Virus genome (UHGV): UHGV-0198360
Source of the DNA: a virus
Length of the DNA: 37,260 nt
Strand: one strand, 5' to 3'
In this document: piece by piece, positions 29,077-36,655 of the stretch
Position numbering within the stretch: the first letter of the stretch is position 1
Layout of the letters: each line of letters starts with the position of its first letter
Program-made: the position numbers and the translations under genes
Notes under the pieces: generated by a model
Told to the model about the DNA's origin: nothing
What the model saw: the letters and a program-made list of their open reading frames with translations, nothing else
Databases searched by the model: none

Positions 29077-30391
29077 GGGTTACCCCCTGCATGCTGCCGA
29101 CAAGACCACGCGCAATTGTGATGATTTCGCTGGTGGCCGTTCGTTCCAGCCAGAGTTGATTGATGTTGGCTTTCAGCTTGTTCTGCTGTGATTCATCCAG
29201 CATGTCAGCGCCGTCTACCTGGTCGAATACAATTCCAACCTCCAGCGGCCAGATACGGGACTCGGGAAGCGGATCCGATACTGGTTTAGCTTTCTCACGG
29301 ATGTGCATGCGGATCTGGCGAATATTGGACCAACTGGAAACATCCAGGCTTCCCATAGCTGCAATGAAATCAGTACTGTTCATGCCATATTCACCAGATG
29401 CTTCGAGGGCAACAGTACGAATACGTTCCGACATATCCAGGCGCGCAGCAGCGTCATCGAATTCAATCGACAACAGCCACTCATCCACACCGAACAAAAT
29501 ACTCTCACGAATAAGCAGCTTCGCTTTGTCGATCGTTAATGGTGATACCTGAGTGAATTCCGGTGCTTCGACAGAATCCGCCGCCCAGGTATGCCCAAAC
29601 TTCGATTCACTGAATGTGTATTCTTCTTTATCGCCGAACGCAGCTCTAACGCATGCCCACGCCTCGACACCGCTGATATCAAAAATATCTTTCTGGGTAA
29701 GTGGCAACTCTGCTTCTGGCTTGTCAGCTACAGATGGTATGGCAGTTGCAGGTTGAGACTTGCTGGCAGCAAATTGCGCCAAAGTCATAAACGCCCGCCC
29801 TTTTGCCTCCAGTTCAGTACGGTTGATATAGCTGAACCGCTCACCACGCCATGAGTTATCGAATACAGCTATGGCACCGGCAAAAAACGCGCTGGTGGGC
29901 TTCTGTTTTTCGTCAGCAGGTACAAACCACACTGGCAGATCGAACCCAATGCGCCCGCGAATGAATACAATGTGATCGGCATCTTCCGGCCACCACGTTT
30001 CACTTGGCGCGGCTTTTATCAGGAATACATAGCGACCGCCCTTCTCGCGCTGGGCTGCTGCGTACTTCATGATGTGCGTCATACCAGTGATCGCCTGTTT
30101 CTCGTGGTACTGCGAACGGCTATACGGTGGGTTGCCATAACCTGCACCACCCAGTTCTGCCAGACGTTCAGACCAGTCCTGGGTCAGCGCGTTATCTTCG
30201 GCGGTGTACCATGCCGGGCATTTCGCGTTGTCGTCGTCAGCAAACAAGTCCAGAACTAATGGGCCAAATAACGCGTTGATCCCCCAGAAAAGCAGATCAG
30301 GTGTCCTCCACTGATCTCCAACTTCTTTCAATTCGTGAGCTGGTTTACTGCGCAGTTCTGCCAGCGCCTGGCAATATTTATTTGGCATCAT
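29069..30391 (-). CDS. Phage Dam-like N6-adenine methyltransferase domain fused to a ~250-aa domain of unknown function (440 aa)
   Basis: ORF track; NPPY motif (GYGNPPYSRS) in N-terminal third; C-terminal part unrecognised; ATGA overlap with upstream replication gene. Confidence 0.6.
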   Translation of the reverse strand: MMPNKYCQALAELRSKPAHELKEVGDQWRTPDLLFWGINALFGPLVLDLFADDDNAKCPAWYTAEDNALTQDWSERLAELGGAGYGNPPYSRSQYHEKQAITGMTHIMKYAAAQREKGGRYVFLIKAAPSETWWPEDADHIVFIRGRIGFDLPVWFVPADEKQKPTSAFFAGAIAVFDNSWRGERFSYINRTELEAKGRAFMTLAQFAASKSQPATAIPSVADKPEAELPLTQKDIFDISGVEAWACVRAAFGDKEEYTFSESKFGHTWAADSVEAPEFTQVSPLTIDKAKLLIRESILFGVDEWLLSIEFDDAAARLDMSERIRTVALEASGEYGMNSTDFIAAMGSLDVSSWSNIRQIRMHIREKAKPVSDPLPESRIWPLEVGIVFDQVDGADMLDESQQNKLKANINQLWLERTATSEIITIARGLVGSMQGVTHA

Positions 30392-31254
30392 GAGCGGAAC
30401 CCCGAATTTTCTGGCAGTGAATAGTCAACATTTTGGAAGTTGGCGCGGCTGGCTGAGTTAGTCGCCCATTTACCGTTAACGCGTTCAGGTCGCCCAGCGG
30501 CAGACCATTTGGTCGCGCTTTGCAGGTAACCGGGGAAGTTTTTTGGAATAAACAGAGTTGCCGGGCGGAGGTATTGAGCCTGCTCGCTATCACGCCAATC
30601 AGCGTTTTTGTAATCCACCACAAGGCACAGATCATCAACAGTGAACTGTTCCCGCAGACGGGCGCGAATGTTCTCCAGCGACGTGCTGCATACCTGGTAG
30701 CGTGAACCAGTTGTCTGGTTCAGGTAAGACAAAACCTGTCTGGCCTGATCAGTAATCACAACCTCAGGGTCGGGTTGCGCCGCAACCGGACAAGAGGGTT
30801 TTGAAGTTACTTGTGGATCTTGTTTTGATTTTACTGACGGATCCCCGCCAGATTCTGACGGGTCAAAACCGCCTTTTTTGCCAGATTTCGACGGGTCAGT
30901 TTTTGAGGCGTCAAAATTTGATGCGTCAGATTTTGACGTGTCAGAATCTGACAGTTGAGAAAATGCGGCAGCCTGAAGTTTCGCCACATTCAGGCGGTAC
31001 ACGTTCGAAGCATTACGGTTACCATTACGGCGCTGTGTACGCGTGAGCCAGCCATCTTTTTCAAGCTTTGCGATTGCCGTTCTGATAGTGCTCGGCCCTG
31101 CGCCAAGCTGGCGAGCAATAGTTTCAATGGACGGCCAGCACACACCCTCATCGCTGCTGAAATCAGCGAGACGGGCCATGATCGCGACACTAGACAACTT
31201 CATGCCCGACGCCGCGCAACCATCCCATACGTAGCCGGTTAATTTAGTGCTCAT
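30388..31254 (-). CDS. Replication initiator (lambda O-like; N-terminal HTH, C-terminal conserved phage domain) (288 aa)
   Basis: ORF track; SD GGGAGAT; N-terminal winged-HTH-like region; internal iteron array encodes a low-complexity linker (SDSDTSKSDASNFDASKTDPSKS). Confidence 0.7.
   Translation of the reverse strand: MSTKLTGYVWDGCAASGMKLSSVAIMARLADFSSDEGVCWPSIETIARQLGAGPSTIRTAIAKLEKDGWLTRTQRRNGNRNASNVYRLNVAKLQAAAFSQLSDSDTSKSDASNFDASKTDPSKSGKKGGFDPSESGGDPSVKSKQDPQVTSKPSCPVAAQPDPEVVITDQARQVLSYLNQTTGSRYQVCSTSLENIRARLREQFTVDDLCLVVDYKNADWRDSEQAQYLRPATLFIPKNFPGYLQSATKWSAAGRPERVNGKWATNSASRANFQNVDYSLPENSGFRS
30826..30953. repeat. Iteron-like repeat array (candidate origin of replication) inside the initiator gene
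   Basis: Copies of the ~12-bp motif GATTYYGACGKG at 30851, 30883 and 30928, plus palindromic TCAGAATCTGA and TCAAAATTTGA elements. Confidence 0.55.
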
Positions 31255-31423
31255 GATCGTCCGTTATCTCCCTGAACTTTTGCCTGAAATGCTCAAGTGG
31301 GCTGAAGCATTCGTGTGGATATCCATCACGCAGGTAGATAACGCGCTGTGTTTCTGGCTCCCAGCGGATAACACGAACTGGCACTCCGCGATGATCTTTG
31401 AACCTTCGGTTAAGTTCGCGCAC
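31244..31423 (-). CDS. Possible small protein (~59 aa, GTG start) between YdaT/CII-like and initiator genes
   Basis: Hand-translated frame (VRELNRRFKDHRGVPVRVIRWEPETQRVIYLRDGYPHECFSPLEHFRQKFREITDDHEH*); SD GGAGGG 10 nt upstream; below the ORF-track length cut-off. Confidence 0.3.
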   Translation of the reverse strand: MRELNRRFKDHRGVPVRVIRWEPETQRVIYLRDGYPHECFSPLEHFRQKFREITDDHEH

Positions 31424-31595
31424 AGGCGTTTTGCCCTCCGGTTGTAGACCCCCACAATTGAAACCGCCCTACTGTGGTTACACGGAACCCAGCGGTTTGA
31501 TAATCTGCGTTCATACCGAAACAACGGAGTACCCGAAACCGGGATCATCCTGAGTTGCGGTAGACGGTTAAAAGCCGTTAAACTGCTCATGCGGA

Positions 31596-32147
31596 TTATT
31601 TCTCCATACTCGAAGAGTTGTTCGCCAAGGCGCCCGGAGCTGCACACTCGCGGGCGTCACTCTTTTCAGCGACACAAAAAACTCGATAAAGAAGCGCTAC
31701 GTGCTCCTGGAACTTCGCGATAACCTGATAGCTGTTTTCCTCAATCTGAGCGCGCTCATCTGCGTCAATCACCCCATCAGCCGTGGCTTTACGTACAAAA
31801 TTAGAATGACGGCCTATCCATTCGATGGACTCCATCAGGCGCTGGTTGATATCGGCGTTATCCAGATCATCAACATCTGCCAGCGGTACAAATACGCCCT
31901 GAGAATGGCGCGCAACGGCATCAGCGATATGAGTTGAACCACCAGCACGTTGTAAAACCATTGCCCAGCCCAGCGGGAAGATCTGATCGCCGTCAACACG
32001 AAGGCGGTTAAACAATGCGTTCTCTGTCACACCCAACCATTCCGCCGCCTCGGCATAACCACCAGGTAGATCGGTGATCGTTTTTTTTATCGCGGCCACC
32101 AGCCAGGCTGGCTGACGTTCGACTTTCCAAACAGGTTCGTTACCCAC
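31596..32147 (-). CDS. YdaT / CII-like regulatory protein (183 aa)
   Basis: ORF track; GTG start with SD AAGGGG; HTH-like segment AEWLGVTENALFNRL; second gene of the rightward early operon after Cro-like gene. Confidence 0.5.
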   Translation of the reverse strand: MGNEPVWKVERQPAWLVAAIKKTITDLPGGYAEAAEWLGVTENALFNRLRVDGDQIFPLGWAMVLQRAGGSTHIADAVARHSQGVFVPLADVDDLDNADINQRLMESIEWIGRHSNFVRKATADGVIDADERAQIEENSYQVIAKFQEHVALLYRVFCVAEKSDARECAAPGALANNSSSMEK

Positions 32148-32175
32148 GGTTAACCCCTTAATTCTGTGGTTTTAA

Positions 32176-32373
32176 TCACGCAGCCGAGTGGCTACGCTTT
32201 TCATAAAGTGATTGGTCAACTTTCAATACACCTTTGGTCAGCGCTTGGATCTCAAAAGCTCGTCCCTTTGGAATAATTTCATCCCATCCCGACACGGACG
32301 CATGAGAGATATTCAAAGCCTTAGCGGTTTTCCCTACGCCACCGAAGTAAGAAATAACGTCATTCTTTTTCAT
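32176..32373 (-). CDS. Cro-like repressor (YdaS-type HTH protein, 65 aa)
   Basis: ORF track; HTH GGVGKTAKALNISHASVSGW; divergent from cI across an operator region. Confidence 0.7.
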   Translation of the reverse strand: MKKNDVISYFGGVGKTAKALNISHASVSGWDEIIPKGRAFEIQALTKGVLKVDQSLYEKRSHSAA

Positions 32374-32472
32374 TTTTCCCTCTGGAGTTAAGTAATGCAG
32401 TGCACTGATAGTAGGATATCTTACATTGATTGGTCAAGCACTCCTACATCAGATAATGGTAGGATTACCTAC
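32374..32472. promoter_or_regulatory. Divergent promoter/operator region (OR-like; PR for cro, PRM for cI)
   Basis: Minus strand TTGACC - 18 nt - TACTAT upstream of cro; plus strand GATAAT about 15 nt before the cI start; operator-like ATAGTAGGATATCTTACATT (32408-32427) and inverted TCCTAC...GTAGGA (32442-32464). Confidence 0.55.
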
Positions 32473-33129
32473 ATGAAAATGAATGATCGAATCCGAAGCA
32501 GACGAAAAGAGCTAAAGATGACGCAATCCGTCCTGGCAAAGCTCGTCGGGGTTAATCGCGTCACTATCACCGGTTGGGAATCCGGTGACTACAAACCGGG
32601 TGGTGAAAACCTCCAGGCGCTTGCGGCTGCATTAGAAAAGACACCGCAGTGGTTACTGGATGGAAAGGATGATGGAAGTCAGCAGCCACCAACTATGGAC
32701 CCGGAGCAAAGATTCGGAATTAGGTCAGTTCCCGTTCTCACATGGGTACAGGCCGGGGAATGGACGGCCAATTGCGTAGCGATCACAGAGCGGGACATTC
32801 ATGACTGGGTCTATACTTCGGCTGCCGTTTCTGAAAGTGCATTTGCACTCATTGTTCGCGGCGACTCGATGACCAACCCTACAGGTGCACCAAGTATTCC
32901 CGAAGGTTCTATTGTCGTTGTAGAACCTGATTTTGGTGATGCCAGTCAAGCTAATGGTAAAATTGTTATTGCACAGCTTATGGGCAGTGATGAAGCCACT
33001 ATTAAAAAGTTCGTCATCGATGGGCCGCTGAAATACCTAGTACCTCTTAACCCCAATTACAGGACTTTAGAAGTCAATGGCAACTGCCGATTGGTAGGAT
33101 TAGTAAGACAAGTAATAATGGATTTATAA
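32473..33129 (+). CDS. CI-like repressor with LexA-type S24 autopeptidase domain (218 aa)
   Basis: Track ORF trimmed to ATG at 32473 (SD AGGA); N-terminal HTH (MTQSVLAKLVGVNRVTITGWE), C-terminal S24 motifs (GDSM, KIVIAQL). Confidence 0.8.
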   Translation: MKMNDRIRSRRKELKMTQSVLAKLVGVNRVTITGWESGDYKPGGENLQALAAALEKTPQWLLDGKDDGSQQPPTMDPEQRFGIRSVPVLTWVQAGEWTANCVAITERDIHDWVYTSAAVSESAFALIVRGDSMTNPTGAPSIPEGSIVVVEPDFGDASQANGKIVIAQLMGSDEATIKKFVIDGPLKYLVPLNPNYRTLEVNGNCRLVGLVRQVIMDL

Positions 33130-33130
33130 G

Positions 33131-33156
33131 AAAACCGGGAATACCCGGTTTTTTTT
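33131..33156 (+). terminator. Intrinsic terminator after cI
   Basis: Hairpin ACCGGGAATACCCGGT followed by T8. Confidence 0.65.
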
Positions 33157-33162
33157 CGCCCC

Positions 33163-33219
33163 TCAATGTAAGTTATCCAACATTTCCACTTGACCCCAAA
33201 TAGTAAGTTATCCTACATT
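33163..33219 (+). promoter_or_regulatory. PL/OL-like promoter-operator region
   Basis: TTGACC (33190-33195) - 18 nt - TACATT (33214-33219); operator-like repeats AATGTAAGTTATCCAACATT (33165-33184) and ATAGTAAGTTATCCTACATT (33200-33219) resembling the OR site. Confidence 0.55.
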
Positions 33220-33324
33220 AATAACATTAACAGCGAACGGGCAGGACGCCCACGAAGTAGCCGCCGGTGGCGTATGAATAACCGGATGATTCGCTGAGCA
33301 TGACTAAAAACTGAGGGTTACACG

Positions 33325-33537
33325 ATGAATGCAGCACAACGGCGCAAGGCTTATCGCAAGCACCCCAAGGCTGGGGAAGTGGTGGTTTTACGTGGGGTTC
33401 CTCGCACAGTTCTGGGACCGTGCATGTTCAATATCTTTACCGGCGAAGAACGCAGCAAGCCATCAGTGAACCGCGTCAAGGTACAAATGACTGGCGGTTC
33501 TACAGCTGCTCCACTGATACGCAATTTGACGTTTTAA
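33325..33537 (+). CDS. N-like antiterminator candidate with arginine-rich N-terminal motif (70 aa)
   Basis: ORF track; SD GAGGG; N-terminus MNAAQRRKAYRK resembles lambda N ARM (MDAQTRRRERRAEK); first gene downstream of PL-like promoter. Confidence 0.5.
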   Translation: MNAAQRRKAYRKHPKAGEVVVLRGVPRTVLGPCMFNIFTGEERSKPSVNRVKVQMTGGSTAAPLIRNLTF

Positions 33538-33766
33538 CAGCAGACAGGTGTCTTCGGGAGGGGTAACAGAGGCGCGGCCTGATTAACCGCAACTCATAGT
33601 CAAATTCCTATAGCTGGTGGCGATACCCAAGCCAGGAATACCAAAACCAGCAGGAGTGTTAGGGAACAGGGTCAATCCCCCCCCTTAGCACCCCGCCCGA
33701 AGATACCTACCACCGCGCCTGATGTGGTTAAAAGCAGGCCAAAGCAATAACAAGTAACTCCCTGTT

Positions 33767-33815
33767 CTGGCGGCCCGGTGTTTTCCCGTTTGTCCGGTCA
33801 CCGCCAGCCTTTTTC
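33767..33815 (+). terminator. Candidate tL1-like terminator downstream of N-like gene
   Basis: Inverted repeat CTGGCGG...CCGCCAG with internal CCGG/CCGG stem, followed by CCTTTTTC. Confidence 0.4.
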
Positions 33816-34154
33816 AGGGCACAACGACGAGAGCATTGACGAGCAAGGCATAAGTGCTGGTTCGATTCCAGACAGTCCCATTCAGTTGGGAGGGTTGGGC
33901 AGGGAAAAGGTTCGTTCGATTCGAACACCGGCAGTGCTCTCTTCGTTGTGGTGAATGCGCAGGCTGATGCGCTAAACCGTGAGGGAGTGTCCCGAAAGGG
34001 TGCGTCACTGGTAATCAACCCATGCCGGAATATCGCAGTACCGGCCACCACAACCAAATCACGCTTAGGACCGTGATAACCGTAGTTCCAGTATTGCTGT
34101 GAGTAGTCTTGGCGGTACCAGGGTCTTCAACCTTATGCAAGGGGGACGAAGATA

Positions 34155-34382
34155 ATGTTCTACCTCGGTACCGCCCTTTTTACGCAACAGAAAAGGGCAT
34201 CACCGGGCGACGGGCTCATAACCCAATCCACCCGGGCAAAAAGAAAGCGGTATCTGCAAGCCGCCGACCAATGCAGGTGCCCTTCTCTGTTGTGTATGGA
34301 GAAAGTTCGGCGGTGGCAGCCGCCACAACTTCGTGTATGGACTAAAACCTTGTGCAGAGGAAAGTTAAATGAAATTACCTAA
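34155..34382 (+). CDS. Possible small basic protein (75 aa) upstream of rdgC
   Basis: ORF track; SD GGGGGA 8 nt before ATG; stop overlaps rdgC start; composition somewhat atypical. Confidence 0.3.
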   Translation: MFYLGTALFTQQKRASPGDGLITQSTRAKRKRYLQAADQCRCPSLLCMEKVRRWQPPQLRVWTKTLCRGKLNEIT

Positions 34383-35286
34383 GTTCCGTAACGCAATCGT
34401 GTACCGCGCCACACTACCTGGCATTGAAGCAATTGAAGGCCATCTTCTCGAACTCCCCTATTCTGAGATAGGTGAGACTGAATTGTCGCGAACATCTTTT
34501 GTGCCTAATCCAATCACCGGCGAACTGGTTACCCCTATTACTGGCGGTTACGCCATAGTTGTACGTCGCGATCAGAAAATTATTCCGCAGCATGTGCTTA
34601 TGAAAGAAGCCACGGCACGTATTCAAAATATTGAGAACATGTCCGGGCATAAATTAAAACGTGCCGAGCGTTTAGCCATTATTGATAGTGTTCTGGCGGA
34701 GTTATGCAAAAAAGCATTTGTGAAGTCGACGCTGATCCTGGCGCTGTATAGCACTGATGAAAAATTACTGGTGATTAACACGACCAACAAGCAAATCGCC
34801 AGCATGGTGTGCGCAATGCTGATTAAGGTTGTCGGTTCAGTGAAAACAGAAACAATCAACATTAGTGATATCAAGAATGGACTGACTACACGCCTGAAGA
34901 ACTACATCAATGGTGCAGCCAATGCATTCGAAGGATTCACTGTCGGGAATTATATTCAGCTATCACGCTACGCAGATCAAAAGGAAGTTATTCGCTACTC
35001 AGCTGAGCATGAGTCAATTCAAAGCGAACTGGCCGATAGCCTTAGTAGTAGTTTCACTGCTGATAAAATGGAGTTATCCGGTTGCGGTGTGACCTTCATT
35101 CTGACCGAAAATTTCCATTTTTCGCGCATCAATACCCAATCTCAGACATTTAATGATGAAGATGACAAAGCATTCCAGTGGCGTCATCAGGCAGGCGCTG
35201 ACCTTTTCCAATTCAGCAAGGTAGTTAATTTGATGTGTGACCTTCTTTCATACAAAGAAGAACAGCCACAAAAACCAGCAGCATAA
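34369..35286 (+). CDS. rdgC: Recombination-associated protein RdgC-like (305 aa)
   Basis: ORF track; SD GAGGAAA; size (~303 aa) and N-terminal pattern (MKLPKFRNAIVYRA...) matching RdgC-type proteins. Confidence 0.6.
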   Translation: MKLPKFRNAIVYRATLPGIEAIEGHLLELPYSEIGETELSRTSFVPNPITGELVTPITGGYAIVVRRDQKIIPQHVLMKEATARIQNIENMSGHKLKRAERLAIIDSVLAELCKKAFVKSTLILALYSTDEKLLVINTTNKQIASMVCAMLIKVVGSVKTETINISDIKNGLTTRLKNYINGAANAFEGFTVGNYIQLSRYADQKEVIRYSAEHESIQSELADSLSSSFTADKMELSGCGVTFILTENFHFSRINTQSQTFNDEDDKAFQWRHQAGADLFQFSKVVNLMCDLLSYKEEQPQKPAA

Positions 35287-35365
35287 CAAACCTATCGAAA
35301 TTACCCCATGGCAATGGGTTGGGTTGCTGTACGCCAAATCTGGCGATATCTGGTTCGGAGGTTAA

Positions 35366-35620
35366 ATGAATCACCTCGAATTTATTGAGAAGAACGTCAG
35401 GGAAATCCTTATTAAACAAGGCTTTTCCTCTTCAGTAGCGCAGGGGGGGGCGTGGCAAGCGCTTGATTTATATAAGCGCATGTCACAAGCCAGTAAAAAG
35501 GGTGCAATTTTTGATGACGTGATGAGGCATGCGAAAGCATGGGCAGATAAACAGGTTTCGAAAACTGAAGTCACGAAAAGTAAACGCAATCAACCTAAAA
35601 ACCAAGGTGGCCTGTTTTAA
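35366..35620 (+). CDS. Hypothetical protein (84 aa)
   Basis: ORF track; strong SD GGAGGTTAA. Confidence 0.5.
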   Translation: MNHLEFIEKNVREILIKQGFSSSVAQGGAWQALDLYKRMSQASKKGAIFDDVMRHAKAWADKQVSKTEVTKSKRNQPKNQGGLF

Positions 35621-35672
35621 ATATTCAGGCCAAGAAATTTGCGCGGTGCAGCGCGCCAATATGGAGAAAACC

Positions 35673-36212
35673 ATGAGCTACATTCAGACATTATCCGGTA
35701 AAAAATTTAACTACCTGACCGCCACAATCGACGATATCGATGTTGAGGATATCGCGACTGCTCTTTCCAACATCTGTCGATTCGCTGGGCATCTGCCAGA
35801 GTTCTACAGCGTGGCCCAGCACTCTGTGCTTGTAAGCCAGATAGTGCCGCCAGAGTTCGCCTTTGAAGCGCTGATGCACGACGCTGCGGAGGCATATTGC
35901 CAGGATATTCCAGCCCCGCTCAAAGCCTTGCTGCCTGACTACCAGCGCATGGAAACTTATATTGATGGTCTTATCCGCTTTAAATTCGGTATCTCGCTTG
36001 AACAAGCTGCTGTCGTGAAATATGCCGATCTAACCATGTTAGCTACCGAGCGCCGTGATCTGGAAATCGATGACGGTTCAAAGTGGGAAATTCTCGAAGG
36101 TATTCCCTGCTCTGATCTCGTTCAGGTTATCCCTCTCCGTCCTGGTCAAGCCTATGGCCTATTCATGAACCGCTTTAACGAACTGGTGGAGCTGCGCCAA
36201 TGCGCCGCATGA
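35673..36212 (+). CDS. HD-domain phosphohydrolase (YfdR-like) (179 aa)
   Basis: Track ORF trimmed to ATG with SD GGAGA (MSYIQTLSGKKF...); His...HD motif (AQHSVLVS...LMHDAAEAY). Confidence 0.6.
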   Translation: MSYIQTLSGKKFNYLTATIDDIDVEDIATALSNICRFAGHLPEFYSVAQHSVLVSQIVPPEFAFEALMHDAAEAYCQDIPAPLKALLPDYQRMETYIDGLIRFKFGISLEQAAVVKYADLTMLATERRDLEIDDGSKWEILEGIPCSDLVQVIPLRPGQAYGLFMNRFNELVELRQCAA

Positions 36213-36376
36213 AGGTAAAAGAACTCGTTGCGGAGGCTTTTGCCTCCGTTGCTGAATTGCCACCAAAGCATGCACCGCTTATGCGCGAAGTCGCCACCAG
36301 ACTGGAAGCTACGTTCGCAGCATTAAAAGAGTCTCTGGTGCAACTGGAACAGGAACGTAAAGGTAAAACGCCATGA
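36197..36376 (+). CDS. Possible small protein (59 aa), translationally coupled at both ends
   Basis: Hand-translated (MRRMKVKELVAEAFASVAELPPKHAPLMREVATRLEATFAALKESLVQLEQERKGKTP*); ATG overlaps upstream stop, stop overlaps downstream ATG (ATGA); below track cut-off. Confidence 0.4.
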   Translation, partial: PMRRMKVKELVAEAFASVAELPPKHAPLMREVATRLEATFAALKESLVQLEQERKGKTP

Positions 36377-36627
36377 CCGTATTTGAATATCTCCAGGCTC
36401 ATCCGAATACCACCAGCGGTGAAATCGCCAAAGGTATGAACAAAACGACGCCCGCGGTCGCTGGCGCATTATCGCAACTCTATGGCACCGGCCGGATCGT
36501 GAAGTCTGGTGTTCGCAAGGGCATTCCAACATACCGTGTTAACGATATGCCGTTTGGGTGCAGTAACAGCCTAACCATGATGTTTAACCAGTTATTGAGC
36601 AGAGTCAGAAAAGGAACAGTCCAATGA
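36373..36627 (+). CDS. Small winged-helix-like DNA-binding protein (84 aa)
   Basis: ORF track; HTH-like segment TTSGEIAKGMNKTTPAVAGALSQL. Confidence 0.5.
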   Translation: MTVFEYLQAHPNTTSGEIAKGMNKTTPAVAGALSQLYGTGRIVKSGVRKGIPTYRVNDMPFGCSNSLTMMFNQLLSRVRKGTVQ

Positions 36628-36655
36628 CCGAACTTAACAAACAGGAGCGTGCAGC

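Noticed and set aside
31264-31647. 127-aa minus-strand ORF from the track overlapping the 3' end of the YdaT/CII-like gene
   Set aside because: Odd composition (Ser/Arg/Cys-rich, no clear SD for the full-length start); a different frame in the same region gives a more protein-like short ORF (31244-31423), so the track ORF is probably an out-of-frame artefact
33855-33925. Possible tRNA genes suggested by GGTTCGATTC T-loop-like motifs
   Set aside because: Could not assemble acceptor, D and anticodon arms around either motif by eye; no 3' CCA context; left as an unexplained structured-RNA possibility, not called as tRNA
33728-34057. 109-aa minus-strand ORF (and nested 64-aa ORF) in the region downstream of N
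   Set aside because: Antisense to the early-left operon, Cys/Arg-rich improbable composition, no SD; region better explained as non-coding or structured
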